A stretch of 64,000 nt of DNA, from positions 2,157 to 66,156 of the forward strand of contig CADBLU010000065.1 in assembly GCA_902795605.1 (NCBI GenBank), read 5' to 3'. Below the pieces are notes generated by a model. The model was not told the DNA's origin and ran no database searches. It saw only the letters and a list, made by a program, of their open reading frames with translations. Of the stretch, positions 1 through 9,767 are shown in pieces. The stretch's first letter is position 1; each line of letters opens with the position of its first letter. Both the position numbers and the translations under genes were made by a program. This stretch comes from an uncultured Prevotellaceae bacterium (lineage in GTDB: Bacteria > Bacteroidota > Bacteroidia > Bacteroidales > Bacteroidaceae).

Positions 1-2
1 AT

Positions 3-959
3 GGCGACTTCGGCGGAAAGTTCGTCGACCGCGACGAGGTGGGCGTAGAGCATTTCCAGAGTTGGATAGAGTGGGCCAAGGCCAACAACATGAAGCTCGA
101 CTTCAACTCCACTTCATTCTCACATCCCAAGAGCGGCGACCTGACCCTCTCCAATCCCGACAAAGCCATCCGCGACTTCTGGATTGAGCATACCAAGCGC
201 TGCCGCCGCATCGCCGACGCGATGGGCAAGGCTCAGGGCGACCCCTGCATCATGAACATCTGGGTGCACGACGGCTCCAAGGACCTCACCGTCAACCGTC
301 TGAAATACCGTGAGATTCTCGCTGCCTCCCTCGACGAGATCATGGAGGAGAACCTCCCCGACATGAAGGCTTGCTTCGAGGCCAAGCTCTTCGGTATCGG
401 CCTTGAGAGCTACACTGTGGGTTCTCACGACTTCTACACCGCCTATTGCGCTACCCGCAAGCACATCTACACCCTCGACACTGGCCACTATGAGCAGACC
501 GAGAATGTGAGCGACTTCGTCTCCACGCTGCTCATGTATGTGCCTGAGCTGATGCTCCACGTGAGCCGTCCGGTGCGCTGGGACTCCGACCATGTGACCA
601 TCATGAACGACCAGACTCTCGACCTCTTCAAGGAGCTTGTCAGGGCTGACGGTCTCCATCGTGCCCATGTGGGTCTCGACTATTTCGATGCCAGCATCAA
701 CCGCATCGGTGCATATATCATCGGCGCCCGTGCCACTCAGAAGTGCATCCTCCAGGCCCTCCTCGAGCCTGTGGCAAAACTGCGTGAGTATGAGGCCAAC
801 GGTCAGTATTTCGAGCGCCTCGCCCTCATGGAGGAGGCCAAGTCGATGCCGTACAGCGCTGTCTTCGACTACTTCAACCTCAAGAACAACGTGCCTGTTG
901 GCGAAGAGTTCATTCCCGCCATCCAGCAGTATGAGAAGGATGTCACCAGCAAGAGGTGA
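3..959 (+). CDS. rhaA: L-rhamnose isomerase (5' end outside window)
   Basis: Frame is open from the window edge. Motifs IWVHDGSKD, EAKLFGIGLESYTVGS, LDTGHY, HVSRPVRWDSDHV, GLDYFDASINRI; next to rhaT and rhaD. Confidence 0.93.
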   Translation, partial: GDFGGKFVDRDEVGVEHFQSWIEWAKANNMKLDFNSTSFSHPKSGDLTLSNPDKAIRDFWIEHTKRCRRIADAMGKAQGDPCIMNIWVHDGSKDLTVNRLKYREILAASLDEIMEENLPDMKACFEAKLFGIGLESYTVGSHDFYTAYCATRKHIYTLDTGHYEQTENVSDFVSTLLMYVPELMLHVSRPVRWDSDHVTIMNDQTLDLFKELVRADGLHRAHVGLDYFDASINRIGAYIIGARATQKCILQALLEPVAKLREYEANGQYFERLALMEEAKSMPYSAVFDYFNLKNNVPVGEEFIPAIQQYEKDVTSKR

Positions 960-969
960 TACCCGTCGC

Positions 970-1047
970 AAATGACAATTGACCATTGAGAATTGGAAAT
1001 CGAGAGAGGTGGCGTCAGCACTTGTCCCGGTTTTCAATTTTCAATTT
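970..1047. repeat. Imperfect hairpin built from AATTGAN heptamers
   Basis: aaatgac-aattgac-cattgag-aattgga (970-997) is loosely complementary to ttttcaattttcaattt (1031-1047); lies between rhaA and rhaT. Confidence 0.45.
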
Positions 1048-1062
1048 GAAAAACCATCTTCC

Positions 1063-2100
1063 ATGGAAATAGTAATAGGACTTTTAATCATCGCCGTCGG
1101 CGCATTCTGCCAGTCGAGTTGCTATGTGCCCATCAATAAGATCAAGGACTGGTCGTGGGAGAGCTACTGGATTGTGCAGGGTGTCTTCGCCTGGCTCGTG
1201 CTGCCGTTGCTCGGCGCGTTGCTGGCCGTTCCCGCAGGGCAGTCGCTCTTCGGACTCTTTGCCAATGCTCCGTCGTTCAACCTGTGGATGACCATTTTCT
1301 TCGGTGTGCTATGGGGAGTGGGAGGACTCACCTTCGGACTTTCCATGAGATATCTCGGAGTGGCCCTTGGACAGTCGATCGCTCTCGGCACCTGTGCCGG
1401 TCTGGGCACTATCATGGGCCCAGTGCTGCTCAACATCTTCTTCCCTGAGCTCAAGGCGCTTGAGTCGCTCACCTTCGCCGTGATCCTCGGTGTCGTCGTC
1501 ACGCTCGTGGGCATCGCCATCATCGGCATTGCCGGCGGCATGAAGTCGGCCTCACTCTCTGAGGAGGAGAAGAAAGAGGCAGTGAAAGACTTCAACTTCC
1601 CCAAAGGTCTGGTTATCGCGCTGCTCGCCGGTTTCATGAGCGGCTGTTTCAATGTGGGACTGGAGTTTGGCAAGAACATCAACTTCGGCGAGCTCACCGA
1701 CCCGATGTTCCGCACGCTGCCCGCCACGTTCCTCGTCACCTTGGGCGGATTTGTGACCAATGCCGTCTACTGCTTCTACCAGAACCAGAAGAATCACACC
1801 TGGGGCGACTACGCCAAGACAAAGGTGTGGGGCAACAACCTCCTCTTCTGTCTGCTTGCCGGTGCGTTGTGGTACTCACAGTTCTTCGGGCTGTCGCTCG
1901 GACGCTCGTTCTTTGAGACTGGCGGCACCATGGACACGCTGTCGTTCTGCATCCTCATGGCACTCAATGTGGTGTTCTCCAATGTGTGGGGCATCATCCT
2001 GAAAGAGTGGAAAGGCTGCTCAAGCAAGACGATTACCGTTTTGGTTGTGGGTATAATCGTGCTGATTATCAGCTCGTTCTTGCCGCAGCTGATAGGATAA
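1063..2100 (+). CDS. rhaT: L-rhamnose/proton symporter
   Basis: About 10 hydrophobic segments; KIKDWSWESYW, LSMRYLGVALGQSIALG, WGIILKEWKG. ATG 1063 preferred over the ORF-track start. Confidence 0.92.
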   Translation: MEIVIGLLIIAVGAFCQSSCYVPINKIKDWSWESYWIVQGVFAWLVLPLLGALLAVPAGQSLFGLFANAPSFNLWMTIFFGVLWGVGGLTFGLSMRYLGVALGQSIALGTCAGLGTIMGPVLLNIFFPELKALESLTFAVILGVVVTLVGIAIIGIAGGMKSASLSEEEKKEAVKDFNFPKGLVIALLAGFMSGCFNVGLEFGKNINFGELTDPMFRTLPATFLVTLGGFVTNAVYCFYQNQKNHTWGDYAKTKVWGNNLLFCLLAGALWYSQFFGLSLGRSFFETGGTMDTLSFCILMALNVVFSNVWGIILKEWKGCSSKTITVLVVGIIVLIISSFLPQLIG

Positions 2101-2123
2101 TTCCATTCTTACATAGATATATT

Positions 2124-2210
2124 AAAGGAGTTTAGGAGTTTGGGAGTTTAGACATTACTTTTGCGAGCGATTGTCTGAACTCTTAGTCTCCGAAACTCCT
2201 AAACTCCTTT
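2124..2210. terminator. Long octamer-built inverted repeat between convergent rhaT and rhaD; probable bidirectional terminator
   Basis: aaaggagtttaggagtttgggagtttagaca (2124-2154) pairs with tgtctgaactc...aaactcctaaactccttt (2172-2210), followed by a T-run. Confidence 0.7.
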
Positions 2211-2248
2211 TTTTGTCGGGTTTTGCTTGAGCAGTGTGGCACCGATGT

Positions 2249-3061
2249 CTATTTCGGCAGGTTGAATGCCGCCGACATCTCTTTCATCTGCTCTTGGCTC
2301 ATGCCTTCCGGCTCAAATCCCATGGCTTTCGCGTTGACATAGATCTTGGCGCTCTTCACCAGCACGTCGATTTGGTCGAAAGCATCCATCACATCGAGAC
2401 CCTGTGCGAAGACGCCATGTTTCTCCCAGAGCACCACGTCGTAGTCATCGAGTTCTCTGAGTGTGGCATCGGCCAGTTCCACACTACCCGGCAGGGTGTA
2501 GGGGATGATGCCCAGTCCTAACGGGCAGAAGGCTTTGGTCTCAGGAATCATACTCCAGAGCAGGTTGGTCAGCACGTCTTTTTTCAGGAATTCCCTGTTG
2601 TGGCTCATTGCCACCAGTTCGATGGGATGGGTATGTACGGTAGCGTTATAGGCAGAGCCTTTCTCTATCAGATGGTTGTGCACGGTGAGGTGTGAGGGCA
2701 GTTCGCTGGTGGGCTGCACGGGATTGTCGGCGATGATGACATACGATGCGCAGTCGTCGAGGATACGTATCACGCTGCCGTTGTCCATCGGCCACCGTGC
2801 CAGGTCGCGCATGCGCTTTCCTGTGCCCTTGCAGTAGAAATAGCATCCTTTGAGCAGCGGCAGTGTGGTGCCTATCTGCTTCACTTCACTGATGGCGGGC
2901 ATCTTCCTGATGTCGTCGTCGACAAACTTTGAGATGTTGACAGTGATGTTCCCGCCGTTTCTTTCTGCCCATCCGTTCTGCCAGAGATAACCGGCCACTT
3001 CGGCAATCTTCTCAATCTCTTGCTTGAGCGCAGGGCGTCCTTCTAAGATACTTTTTGTCAT
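2249..3061 (-). CDS. rhaD: Rhamnulose-1-phosphate aldolase
   Basis: GWAERNGGNI, PTSELPSH, HTHP, WEKHG class II aldolase motifs. Confidence 0.93.
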   Translation of the reverse strand: MTKSILEGRPALKQEIEKIAEVAGYLWQNGWAERNGGNITVNISKFVDDDIRKMPAISEVKQIGTTLPLLKGCYFYCKGTGKRMRDLARWPMDNGSVIRILDDCASYVIIADNPVQPTSELPSHLTVHNHLIEKGSAYNATVHTHPIELVAMSHNREFLKKDVLTNLLWSMIPETKAFCPLGLGIIPYTLPGSVELADATLRELDDYDVVLWEKHGVFAQGLDVMDAFDQIDVLVKSAKIYVNAKAMGFEPEGMSQEQMKEMSAAFNLPK

Positions 3062-3105
3062 GTTTGTTTTTTTTTAGTTATAAGAGTATTGTGGTTGGGT
3101 ATACA

Positions 3106-3990
3106 CTAAGTGTTGTGCAAGGTCATTTGTCTGAACTCACTGGGTTTCTGTCCCATTTTCATCCTGAATTTCGAGGAGAAATAGTCGGGCGACTCGAAGT
3201 TGAGACGGTAGGCTATCTCTTTGATGCTCATCTTTGTGGTGGAGAGCAGTTCCTTGGCTCTCTGCAGCCGCAGGTCCTGCTGGTAGAGGGCAGGTGAGAG
3301 TCCGGTATATTGTTTGAACAGTTTTCTGAAATTGGAATAGCTCACGCCGAGGTCCTCAGCCAGTTGCTGGATGGTGAGGTCGCTTTCGAGCGCCTCTCTG
3401 ATACGTAGTCTCGCGCGGCTGATCATCTCCACCTGGGTGTGGTTCTTGTTGAGCACGATGTTCCTCTCAAGCGAGTACATCATCCCGATGAGGTGGTTGA
3501 CGATGCCTGCCAGCAGTTGCTGTGAGTAGGCCGCCTCCTCGTGGGCAGTGCGCAGGGCCGTGTCATAGAGCTCCACGATCTCAGCCGAGTATCCCACATG
3601 GTAGATGGGCTTCTCGGGGCCGAGGAATCCGCCGGTCACCCGGTCGTCCATATTCTTTCCTTTGAATCCTATCCAGTAACTTTTCCAGATGGATTTGGGG
3701 GCTGGTCCGTAGCTGTGCCATTCGCCGGGGAAGAGGAGGAAGATGTCGCCGGCCTTGATGACCGCCTCCTTGATATGTGCCGATTTGAAAAAACCTTCTC
3801 CCTCGATGAGGTATAGTAATTGGTATTCGTTGAGTTCACGGCCGATTTCCATGTCGAAATAGTAGCCGTCGGCATGTCCCTTCGTGGGATAGTGCTCCCC
3901 GGGCTTCACCTCGTCGAAACCTACGGTGCTGACGGTGAGACCCCATTTGGCGTCCCGTTCGTTGGCTACAAGATATTTGCTGTTTTGCAT
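3106..3990 (-). CDS. AraC-family transcriptional regulator (RhaR-like)
   Basis: Cupin N-domain (LLFPGEWHSY) and C-terminal double HTH (FRKLFKQYTG, SIKEIAYRLNFESPDYFS); upstream of rhaD. Confidence 0.88.
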   Translation of the reverse strand: MQNSKYLVANERDAKWGLTVSTVGFDEVKPGEHYPTKGHADGYYFDMEIGRELNEYQLLYLIEGEGFFKSAHIKEAVIKAGDIFLLFPGEWHSYGPAPKSIWKSYWIGFKGKNMDDRVTGGFLGPEKPIYHVGYSAEIVELYDTALRTAHEEAAYSQQLLAGIVNHLIGMMYSLERNIVLNKNHTQVEMISRARLRIREALESDLTIQQLAEDLGVSYSNFRKLFKQYTGLSPALYQQDLRLQRAKELLSTTKMSIKEIAYRLNFESPDYFSSKFRMKMGQKPSEFRQMTLHNT

Positions 3991-4152
3991 GGTGGTATTT
4001 CGTGTATTACTTGCAAAAATAGCAAAAGTCATCTAAAACTCAAAATAATCAATGATTTTTTTGATGAATTGTAAAAATTGACGGATAAGTTTGACTAGTC
4101 GGTCAGTTTTTAGTAACTTTACACCCGATAACGTACAATATAGTTTTATCGT

Positions 4153-4380
4153 ATGAGCAAGAAAACCATTCTGCACCTCCTGTTTTTGCTTGCGCTGTCG
4201 GGAGCGCTGATCTATCTCACCAAGTCGTTTTGGATGTCGGTAGGCATCATGATGCTGCTTCTTTTGATCGACTCTTTGCTGTTGCAGTACGACAACCGCA
4301 GGCGTCGTGAGTGGGAGGAGCGTCACAGTATCAACAGCGACGAGAGCGAGAGTGACAACGGCCAGGAGTCAGAATCGTAG
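4153..4380 (+). CDS. Small two-TM membrane protein with acidic tail
   Basis: 75 aa: two hydrophobic stretches, then RRRR and a Ser/Asp/Glu tail; 27 bp upstream of the kinase gene. Confidence 0.7.
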   Translation: MSKKTILHLLFLLALSGALIYLTKSFWMSVGIMMLLLLIDSLLLQYDNRRRREWEERHSINSDESESDNGQESES

Positions 4381-4407
4381 CGGAATTCTCATATCCTTTC
4401 TTTTATC

Positions 4408-5943
4408 ATGCAACAACTGCGACAACTATTCTCACGTCATTTCGGGGAACTCCCCGTCTCTATCACGCCCCTTGCCGGTGCCGGCAGCAACCGGGGCTAT
4501 TTCCGTCTTGCCCATTCCGACGGCCATACCGTCATCGGAGTGGTAGGCACGAGCATCGACGAGAACAACGCCTTCATCTATCTGTCGGGGCATTTCAGGA
4601 AGCGTCGGCTGCCGGTGCCTGAGGTGCTGGCGGTGAGCGACGACCACATGCGCTATCTGCAGGAGGACCTGGGCACGACGTCGCTCTTCGACGCCCTTCG
4701 TGGTGGCCGTGAGGCTGGAGGGCGCTATAATCTCAGTGAGCAGCAGCTGCTCATCGACACCATCCGTCAGTTGCCCAACTTCCAGATCCGTGGTGCCCGC
4801 GGTCTCGACTGGAACTACTGCTATCCCCAGCCCGAGTTCAATGAGGAGAATGTGTTGTTCGACCTCAATTATTTCAAATACTGCTTTCTCAAGCCTTCCG
4901 GACTTGACTTCCATGAGATGAAGTTGGAGGCCAATTTCCGGTTGATGGTGAAGGATTTGCTTCTGGAGCCTACCGAGAGTTTCATGTACCGCGACTTCCA
5001 GGCCCGCAACGTGATGCTCAACGCCGACGGCTCTCCCTCTTTCATCGATTTCCAAGGTGGCCGCAAAGGGCCTTACTACTATGACCTGGCCTCTTTCCTC
5101 TGGCAGGCGTCGGCCCGTTACCCCGACAAGTTGCGCCGCAAGTTGATCTATGAGTACTACAACTCTCTCAAGAATTTCACCGAAGTGCCTTCGAAGCGGC
5201 ATTTCGTCAACCGTCTGGCACTCTTTGTCCTGTTCCGCACGCTTCAGGTGCTCGGAGCCTATGGCTACCGCGGCTATTTTGAGCGCAAACAGCATTTCCT
5301 CGACTCCATACCTCCCGCTATTGAGAACCTGCGCCGTCTGCTGGCCTCCGACAACTTCCACTACGCCTATTTAGGTGAGGTGCTCCGCCGCCTGACCGAA
5401 CTGCCGCAGTTCGCTCCCGTAGCGGAAGAGCCGCGCTCTCGTGCCGACGGCTATAAGACCAGCGACAGCAATGTGTATCAGGCACATACCAATGACGGGC
5501 CTGCCACTTTCTCGAAATACGACGGCAAGGGACCTCTTGTGGTACGTGTGTATAGTTTCTCCTATCGTAAAGGTATCCCCGAGGACGAGTCGGGCAACGG
5601 CGGCGGTTATGTCTTCGATTGCCGCAGCACGCACAACCCCGGCCGTTATGAGCCTTACAAGCTTCTGACCGGCCTCGACGAGCCTGTCATCCGCTTTTTG
5701 GAGGACGACGGTGAGATACTGACTTTCCTCAGCAGTGTCTACCGCTTGGCCGATGCCCATGTGGAGCGTTATCTGCAGCGGGGGTTCACCAGTCTGATGT
5801 TCTCTTTCGGATGTACGGGCGGTCAGCACCGCAGTGTCTACTCAGCCCAGCATCTGGCGGAGCATCTTCATGAGAAATACGGCATCGAGGTGCACGTCCA
5901 CCATCGGGAGCAGGACATCCATCAAATAATGCAACGACTATGA
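4408..5943 (+). CDS. APH-family phosphotransferase (AmgK-like) fused to a RapZ C-terminal-like domain
   Basis: GAGSNRGYFR, YLQEDLG, FMYRDFQARN, FIDFQ kinase motifs; C-terminal SFSY..VFDCR...NPG...GCTGGQHRSV. Confidence 0.85.
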   Translation: MQQLRQLFSRHFGELPVSITPLAGAGSNRGYFRLAHSDGHTVIGVVGTSIDENNAFIYLSGHFRKRRLPVPEVLAVSDDHMRYLQEDLGTTSLFDALRGGREAGGRYNLSEQQLLIDTIRQLPNFQIRGARGLDWNYCYPQPEFNEENVLFDLNYFKYCFLKPSGLDFHEMKLEANFRLMVKDLLLEPTESFMYRDFQARNVMLNADGSPSFIDFQGGRKGPYYYDLASFLWQASARYPDKLRRKLIYEYYNSLKNFTEVPSKRHFVNRLALFVLFRTLQVLGAYGYRGYFERKQHFLDSIPPAIENLRRLLASDNFHYAYLGEVLRRLTELPQFAPVAEEPRSRADGYKTSDSNVYQAHTNDGPATFSKYDGKGPLVVRVYSFSYRKGIPEDESGNGGGYVFDCRSTHNPGRYEPYKLLTGLDEPVIRFLEDDGEILTFLSSVYRLADAHVERYLQRGFTSLMFSFGCTGGQHRSVYSAQHLAEHLHEKYGIEVHVHHREQDIHQIMQRL

Positions 5944-6701
5944 GACAGGCCATGATTTTCGCCGCCGGCCTGGGCACACGCCTGCGCCCGCTCACCGACA
6001 CGATGCCGAAGGCGCTGGTGAGGGTAGGGGGGCAGCCTCTGCTCTGGCATGTGCTGATGCGCCTGCGCGATGCTGGTTTTGAGCGCATCGTTGTCAATGT
6101 GCATCATTTCGCCAGTCAGATAGTGGACTATCTAGACAGCAACAGTCATTTCGGCCTCGACATCCGCATCAGCGACGAGAGCGGCCAACTGCTGGAGACG
6201 GGTGGTGGCATCCGCAAGGCGCTGCCCCTGCTGGATGCCGGCGAGCCGGTGCTCATCCACAACGTGGACATCCTCAGCAATGCCGACCTGGAGGCTTTTT
6301 ACCTCTCGGCTAGTCAGGATCCGTCTGCCGATGCATGGCTTATCGTCAACGAGCGGTCCACCAGCCGCTATCTGCTCTTCGACAGCGACGCTCGGCTTGC
6401 GGGCTGGACCAATGTCTCCACCGGCGAGGTGAAGTCACCCTATCCTGAGTTTGACGCCTCTCTCTATACTCCGCTTGCGTTCAGTGGCATTCATCTCATC
6501 GCCCCCTCGCTTTTCCCCATGCTCTGTCAGTGGCCCGAGCGCTTTCCCATCATGGATTTTTATCTCAGGGAGTGCGACAAGGCTGTCGTGAGGGCATGGA
6601 AGGCCGACGGTCTCCGTCTACTCGATGTGGGAAAACTGAACTCGCTTGCGGATGCGGAGCGCTTCGTGGGTGGTCAGGGCAACGCTCGTCCTATACAATA
6701 A
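5940..6701 (+). CDS. Nucleotidyltransferase (MurU-like)
   Basis: [34 protein letters not shown]; ATGA overlap with the kinase. Confidence 0.85.
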   Translation: MRQAMIFAAGLGTRLRPLTDTMPKALVRVGGQPLLWHVLMRLRDAGFERIVVNVHHFASQIVDYLDSNSHFGLDIRISDESGQLLETGGGIRKALPLLDAGEPVLIHNVDILSNADLEAFYLSASQDPSADAWLIVNERSTSRYLLFDSDARLAGWTNVSTGEVKSPYPEFDASLYTPLAFSGIHLIAPSLFPMLCQWPERFPIMDFYLRECDKAVVRAWKADGLRLLDVGKLNSLADAERFVGGQGNARPIQ

Positions 6702-6732
6702 AGGAAACCATCAAAAATATCAACATATCCAT

Positions 6733-8277
6733 ATGCAACAGAAAATCATCATTCTCGACTTTGGGTCTCAGACGACTCAGTTGATAGGCCGTCGTGTCAG
6801 GGAGTTGGACACTTTCTGCGAGATATTGCCCTACAACAAGTTTCCTGCCGACGACCCTTCGGTCATCGGTGTCATCCTCAGCGGTTCGCCGTTCTCTGTG
6901 CACGACCCGGAGGCATTCCAGGTCGACCTGTCACAGTTCATCGGTCGTATTCCCGTGCTGGGCATCTGCTATGGCGCGCAGTTCATCTCCCACTCTCAGG
7001 GTGGAAAGGTAGAAAAGACCAACTCGCGTGAGTATGGCCGGGCACATCTGCAGTCGGTGGACACCACCAATCCTCTCTTCGCCGGGTTCGAGCAGCACTC
7101 GCAGGTGTGGATGTCGCATGGCGACACTATCACCGCCATCCCCGAAGGCTATAAAACCATCGCGTCGACAGCCGACGTCCTTCATGCCGCCTATGCCTCG
7201 CTCAATCAACCTGTGTGGGCTGTTCAGTTCCATCCCGAGGTCTTCCATACCACTCAGGGCATGACGCTGCTCCGCAATTTCGTCGTGGGCATCTGCGGTT
7301 CGCGACAGGAGTGGAGCGCTGCCTCCTTTGTCGACAGCACTGTGGCCGAGTTGCGGCAGCAGTTGGGTTCCGACCGTGTCATCCTCGGCCTGTCGGGCGG
7401 TGTCGACTCCAGTGTGGTGGCTGTGTTGCTCAACAAGGCCATCGGCGACCGTCTCACCTGCATCTTCGTCGATCACGGGATGTTGCGCAAGAACGAGTTC
7501 CTGAAGGTGATGAAAGCCTATGAGGGTCTGGGACTGAACGTGATAGGTGTCAACGCGAGCGACAAGTTCTTTGCCGACCTGGCCGGAGTCTCGGACCCTG
7601 AGCAGAAACGCAAGATTATCGGCCGCGACTTTGTGGAGGTCTTCAATGCTGAGGCCAAGAAGATTACCGACGCCAAATGGTTGGCGCAGGGCACCATTTA
7701 CCCCGACCGCATCGAGTCGCTCAATATTACGGGCAAGGTCATTAAGAGTCACCACAATGTGGGCGGACTGCCCAAAGAGATGCACCTGCAACTCTGTGAG
7801 CCGCTGAAATGGCTCTTCAAGGATGAGGTGCGCCGTGTGGGCTATCAGTTGGGCATGCCCGAGCGTCTTATCAAGCGCCATCCCTTCCCCGGACCGGGCC
7901 TGGCCGTACGTATCCTTGGTGATATCACACGCGACAAGGTGCGCATGCTGCAAGAGGCTGACGACATCTATATCGAGTCGATGCTGAAGTATGTGTGCGA
8001 CGACGGCGAGGTGCTCTACGACAAGATCTGGCAGGCGGGAGCAGTGCTTCTCTCCACCGTCCGCAGCGTGGGCGTGATGGGCGATGAGCGCACCTACGAG
8101 CATCCTGTGGCTCTCCGTGCCGTCACCAGCACCGATGCCATGACAGCCGACTGGGCTCACCTGCCTTACGATTTCATGGCACAAGTGTCGAATGAGATCA
8201 TCAACAAGGTGCGTGGCGTCAACAGGGTCTGCTACGACATTTCCTCCAAACCACCATCCACGATTGAGTGGGAATAA
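6733..8277 (+). CDS. guaA: GMP synthase (glutamine-hydrolysing)
   Basis: [41 protein letters not shown]. Confidence 0.97.
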   Translation: MQQKIIILDFGSQTTQLIGRRVRELDTFCEILPYNKFPADDPSVIGVILSGSPFSVHDPEAFQVDLSQFIGRIPVLGICYGAQFISHSQGGKVEKTNSREYGRAHLQSVDTTNPLFAGFEQHSQVWMSHGDTITAIPEGYKTIASTADVLHAAYASLNQPVWAVQFHPEVFHTTQGMTLLRNFVVGICGSRQEWSAASFVDSTVAELRQQLGSDRVILGLSGGVDSSVVAVLLNKAIGDRLTCIFVDHGMLRKNEFLKVMKAYEGLGLNVIGVNASDKFFADLAGVSDPEQKRKIIGRDFVEVFNAEAKKITDAKWLAQGTIYPDRIESLNITGKVIKSHHNVGGLPKEMHLQLCEPLKWLFKDEVRRVGYQLGMPERLIKRHPFPGPGLAVRILGDITRDKVRMLQEADDIYIESMLKYVCDDGEVLYDKIWQAGAVLLSTVRSVGVMGDERTYEHPVALRAVTSTDAMTADWAHLPYDFMAQVSNEIINKVRGVNRVCYDISSKPPSTIEWE

Positions 8278-8320
8278 ATAACTCTGCTTCCTCGTGTCTG
8301 AAGGACTTTTGGGGGAATCA

Positions 8321-8437
8321 GGAGTTTGGGAGTTTAGACAGTAGACTCGATTCGTGGCTCCTTTCTTGGAGGATTTTTATATGCAGGAGTTGAGAAGTTA
8401 AGGAGTTTCATTCATTTGGCTCCTTGGCTCCTCAACT
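8321..8437. repeat. GGAGTTTR octamer-family repeats after guaA
   Basis: ggagtttgggagtttagaca (8321-8340) is identical to 2135-2154; a second imperfect IR follows (agttgagaagttaaggagt / gctccttggctcctcaact). Confidence 0.6.
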
Positions 8438-8516
8438 TTTTAGTGTATGAATTTTTCGGACATATATGAAGTGTGTTTCTACATGAGCACCAGAGCTTTA
8501 CAAAGCAGCCGATTAT

Positions 8517-9191
8517 TTAATAGTTGTCAATCTCCCAGTCATAAATCTCGCCATCGGTCGCTGTGGGATATTGGTGCTTTTCGATTAGTTCGGCGACGGT
8601 GAAGGAACCTTTGAAGGAAGCACCGAGCAGCAGTGCGATGATTCGTTCAATTTGTTCGTTGGCCTGCTGGATAAATGGGTTGTATAGGGATTTGCAGGCA
8701 TTGATGACCATGCCTCCAGCCTTGCTGCATTCCATCCAACCGTCATTTGCATCCAGGCATTTCTGGACTTCAATACGCTGCAAAAGAAGGATATGTATCA
8801 TCTGGCTTCGCTCTCGGGGACTCCAAGTGAAATCTTTCTCAGTCCAAGGTGTCTTAAAAGCCTGGTCTCTCCATTGGAACAGCCACTCCAGGATGGTTTT
8901 CTTGTCGGTTTCGTCAATGGGGGATTTTTCCAGAATCTCAAGATTGTCCATTGTGTCTTGGCCGAAGACGGCAGATGCGTCATCATAAGGAATGCCAGTG
9001 TGCGGCATCATGTCGCCTATGTAGGCGCGCATGACCGCGATGAGCCGTTGAAAGAAAATCTGGTCGCTCCACACCAGGTCCCTCATCAGTTTTCTTCTGA
9101 AATCGTACTTGGCAAGGAAAACGTATTCTCTCACGAGTCTTTGGGCATCCCAAATTTGGTTGTTCCAGTCGATGTTGTTAGGGCCTCTCAT
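8517..9191 (-). CDS. Hypothetical protein (orphan, lower GC)
   Basis: 224-aa ORF with a TATCTTTG -7-type box on the minus strand at 9281-9288; no family recognised. Confidence 0.7.
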   Translation of the reverse strand: MRGPNNIDWNNQIWDAQRLVREYVFLAKYDFRRKLMRDLVWSDQIFFQRLIAVMRAYIGDMMPHTGIPYDDASAVFGQDTMDNLEILEKSPIDETDKKTILEWLFQWRDQAFKTPWTEKDFTWSPRERSQMIHILLLQRIEVQKCLDANDGWMECSKAGGMVINACKSLYNPFIQQANEQIERIIALLLGASFKGSFTVAELIEKHQYPTATDGEIYDWEIDNY

Positions 9192-9432
9192 TTGTGTGCT
9201 TTTTTATTGCTGGTGATGAATGTGGTAAAAGGATAGGGGGAAATCCCCTCGGATATTTCGCGGAGGTTGTTTATCTGATGCAAAGATATTGGTATCTTGT
9301 GCCAAATCGTGAGACAAGAGAGAGGAAAAGACAGAAAAAATTTTTTTCATGTCTTTTCCCGAGCGCCAGTCGATTCGCCGGAGGCAAATCGTGGTACAAG
9401 CGAGAGAAAATGATGAAAAACTTGTTTTTGGG

Positions 9433-9456
9433 GGCAACGGCAAAGCCGTTGCCTAC
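9433..9456 (-). repeat. GTAG-footed REP-like hairpin
   Basis: Minus strand reads GTAG-GCAACGGC-TTT-GCCGTTGC-C; a degenerate half copy lies at about 9467-9480. Confidence 0.6.
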
Positions 9457-9566
9457 GGAGAAAGGGAAGCCGCTGCCTATGGAGAAGGCGGGGGCCGCTC
9501 TTTTGGGGAATTGCTTTGCATCTGTTTCTTCTCCGTGATAAGAGATTGTAGAAATCGCTTTTCATA

Positions 9567-9598
9567 TTTGGTAAGTTCGCATAAATTTTGTACCTTTG
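9567..9598 (+). promoter_or_regulatory. Bacteroidetes sigma-A-type promoter for amidase-sbcDC
   Basis: TTTG (9567-9570), 20 nt, TACCTTTG (9591-9598). Confidence 0.65.
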
Positions 9599-9626
9599 TG
9601 TTCGAATGGGCGGGCGAATGAGGTTG

Positions 9627-9767
9627 CCCAAGTTTGCCTTGTCCGGAGATCCTCGCTCTTGCCAGGCGGTGTCCCCAAGTTTGCCTTGTCCGGAGATCCT
9701 CGCTCTTGCCAGGCGGTGTCCCCAAGTCCGCCTTGCCCGGAGGTTCTCGCTCTTGCCAGGCGGCATG
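9627..9767 (+). repeat. 47-bp tandem repeat, 3 copies, no spacers
   Basis: Copies at 9627 and 9674 are identical (cccaagtttgccttgtccggagatcctcgctcttgccaggcggtgtc); the copy at 9721 has 8 mismatches. Confidence 0.9.

Noticed and set aside
120-8184. Long antisense ORFs (120-1037, 4432-5361, 6931-8184)
   Set aside because: They mirror rhaA, the kinase and guaA; these are shadow ORFs expected from GC-rich third positions and have no recognisable motifs.
9627-9767. 47-bp repeats as a CRISPR array (Bacteroidota type II-C repeats have a similar length)
   Set aside because: Copies are directly abutting with no spacers, the sequence is GC-rich without GTT...AAC ends, and no cas genes are in the window.
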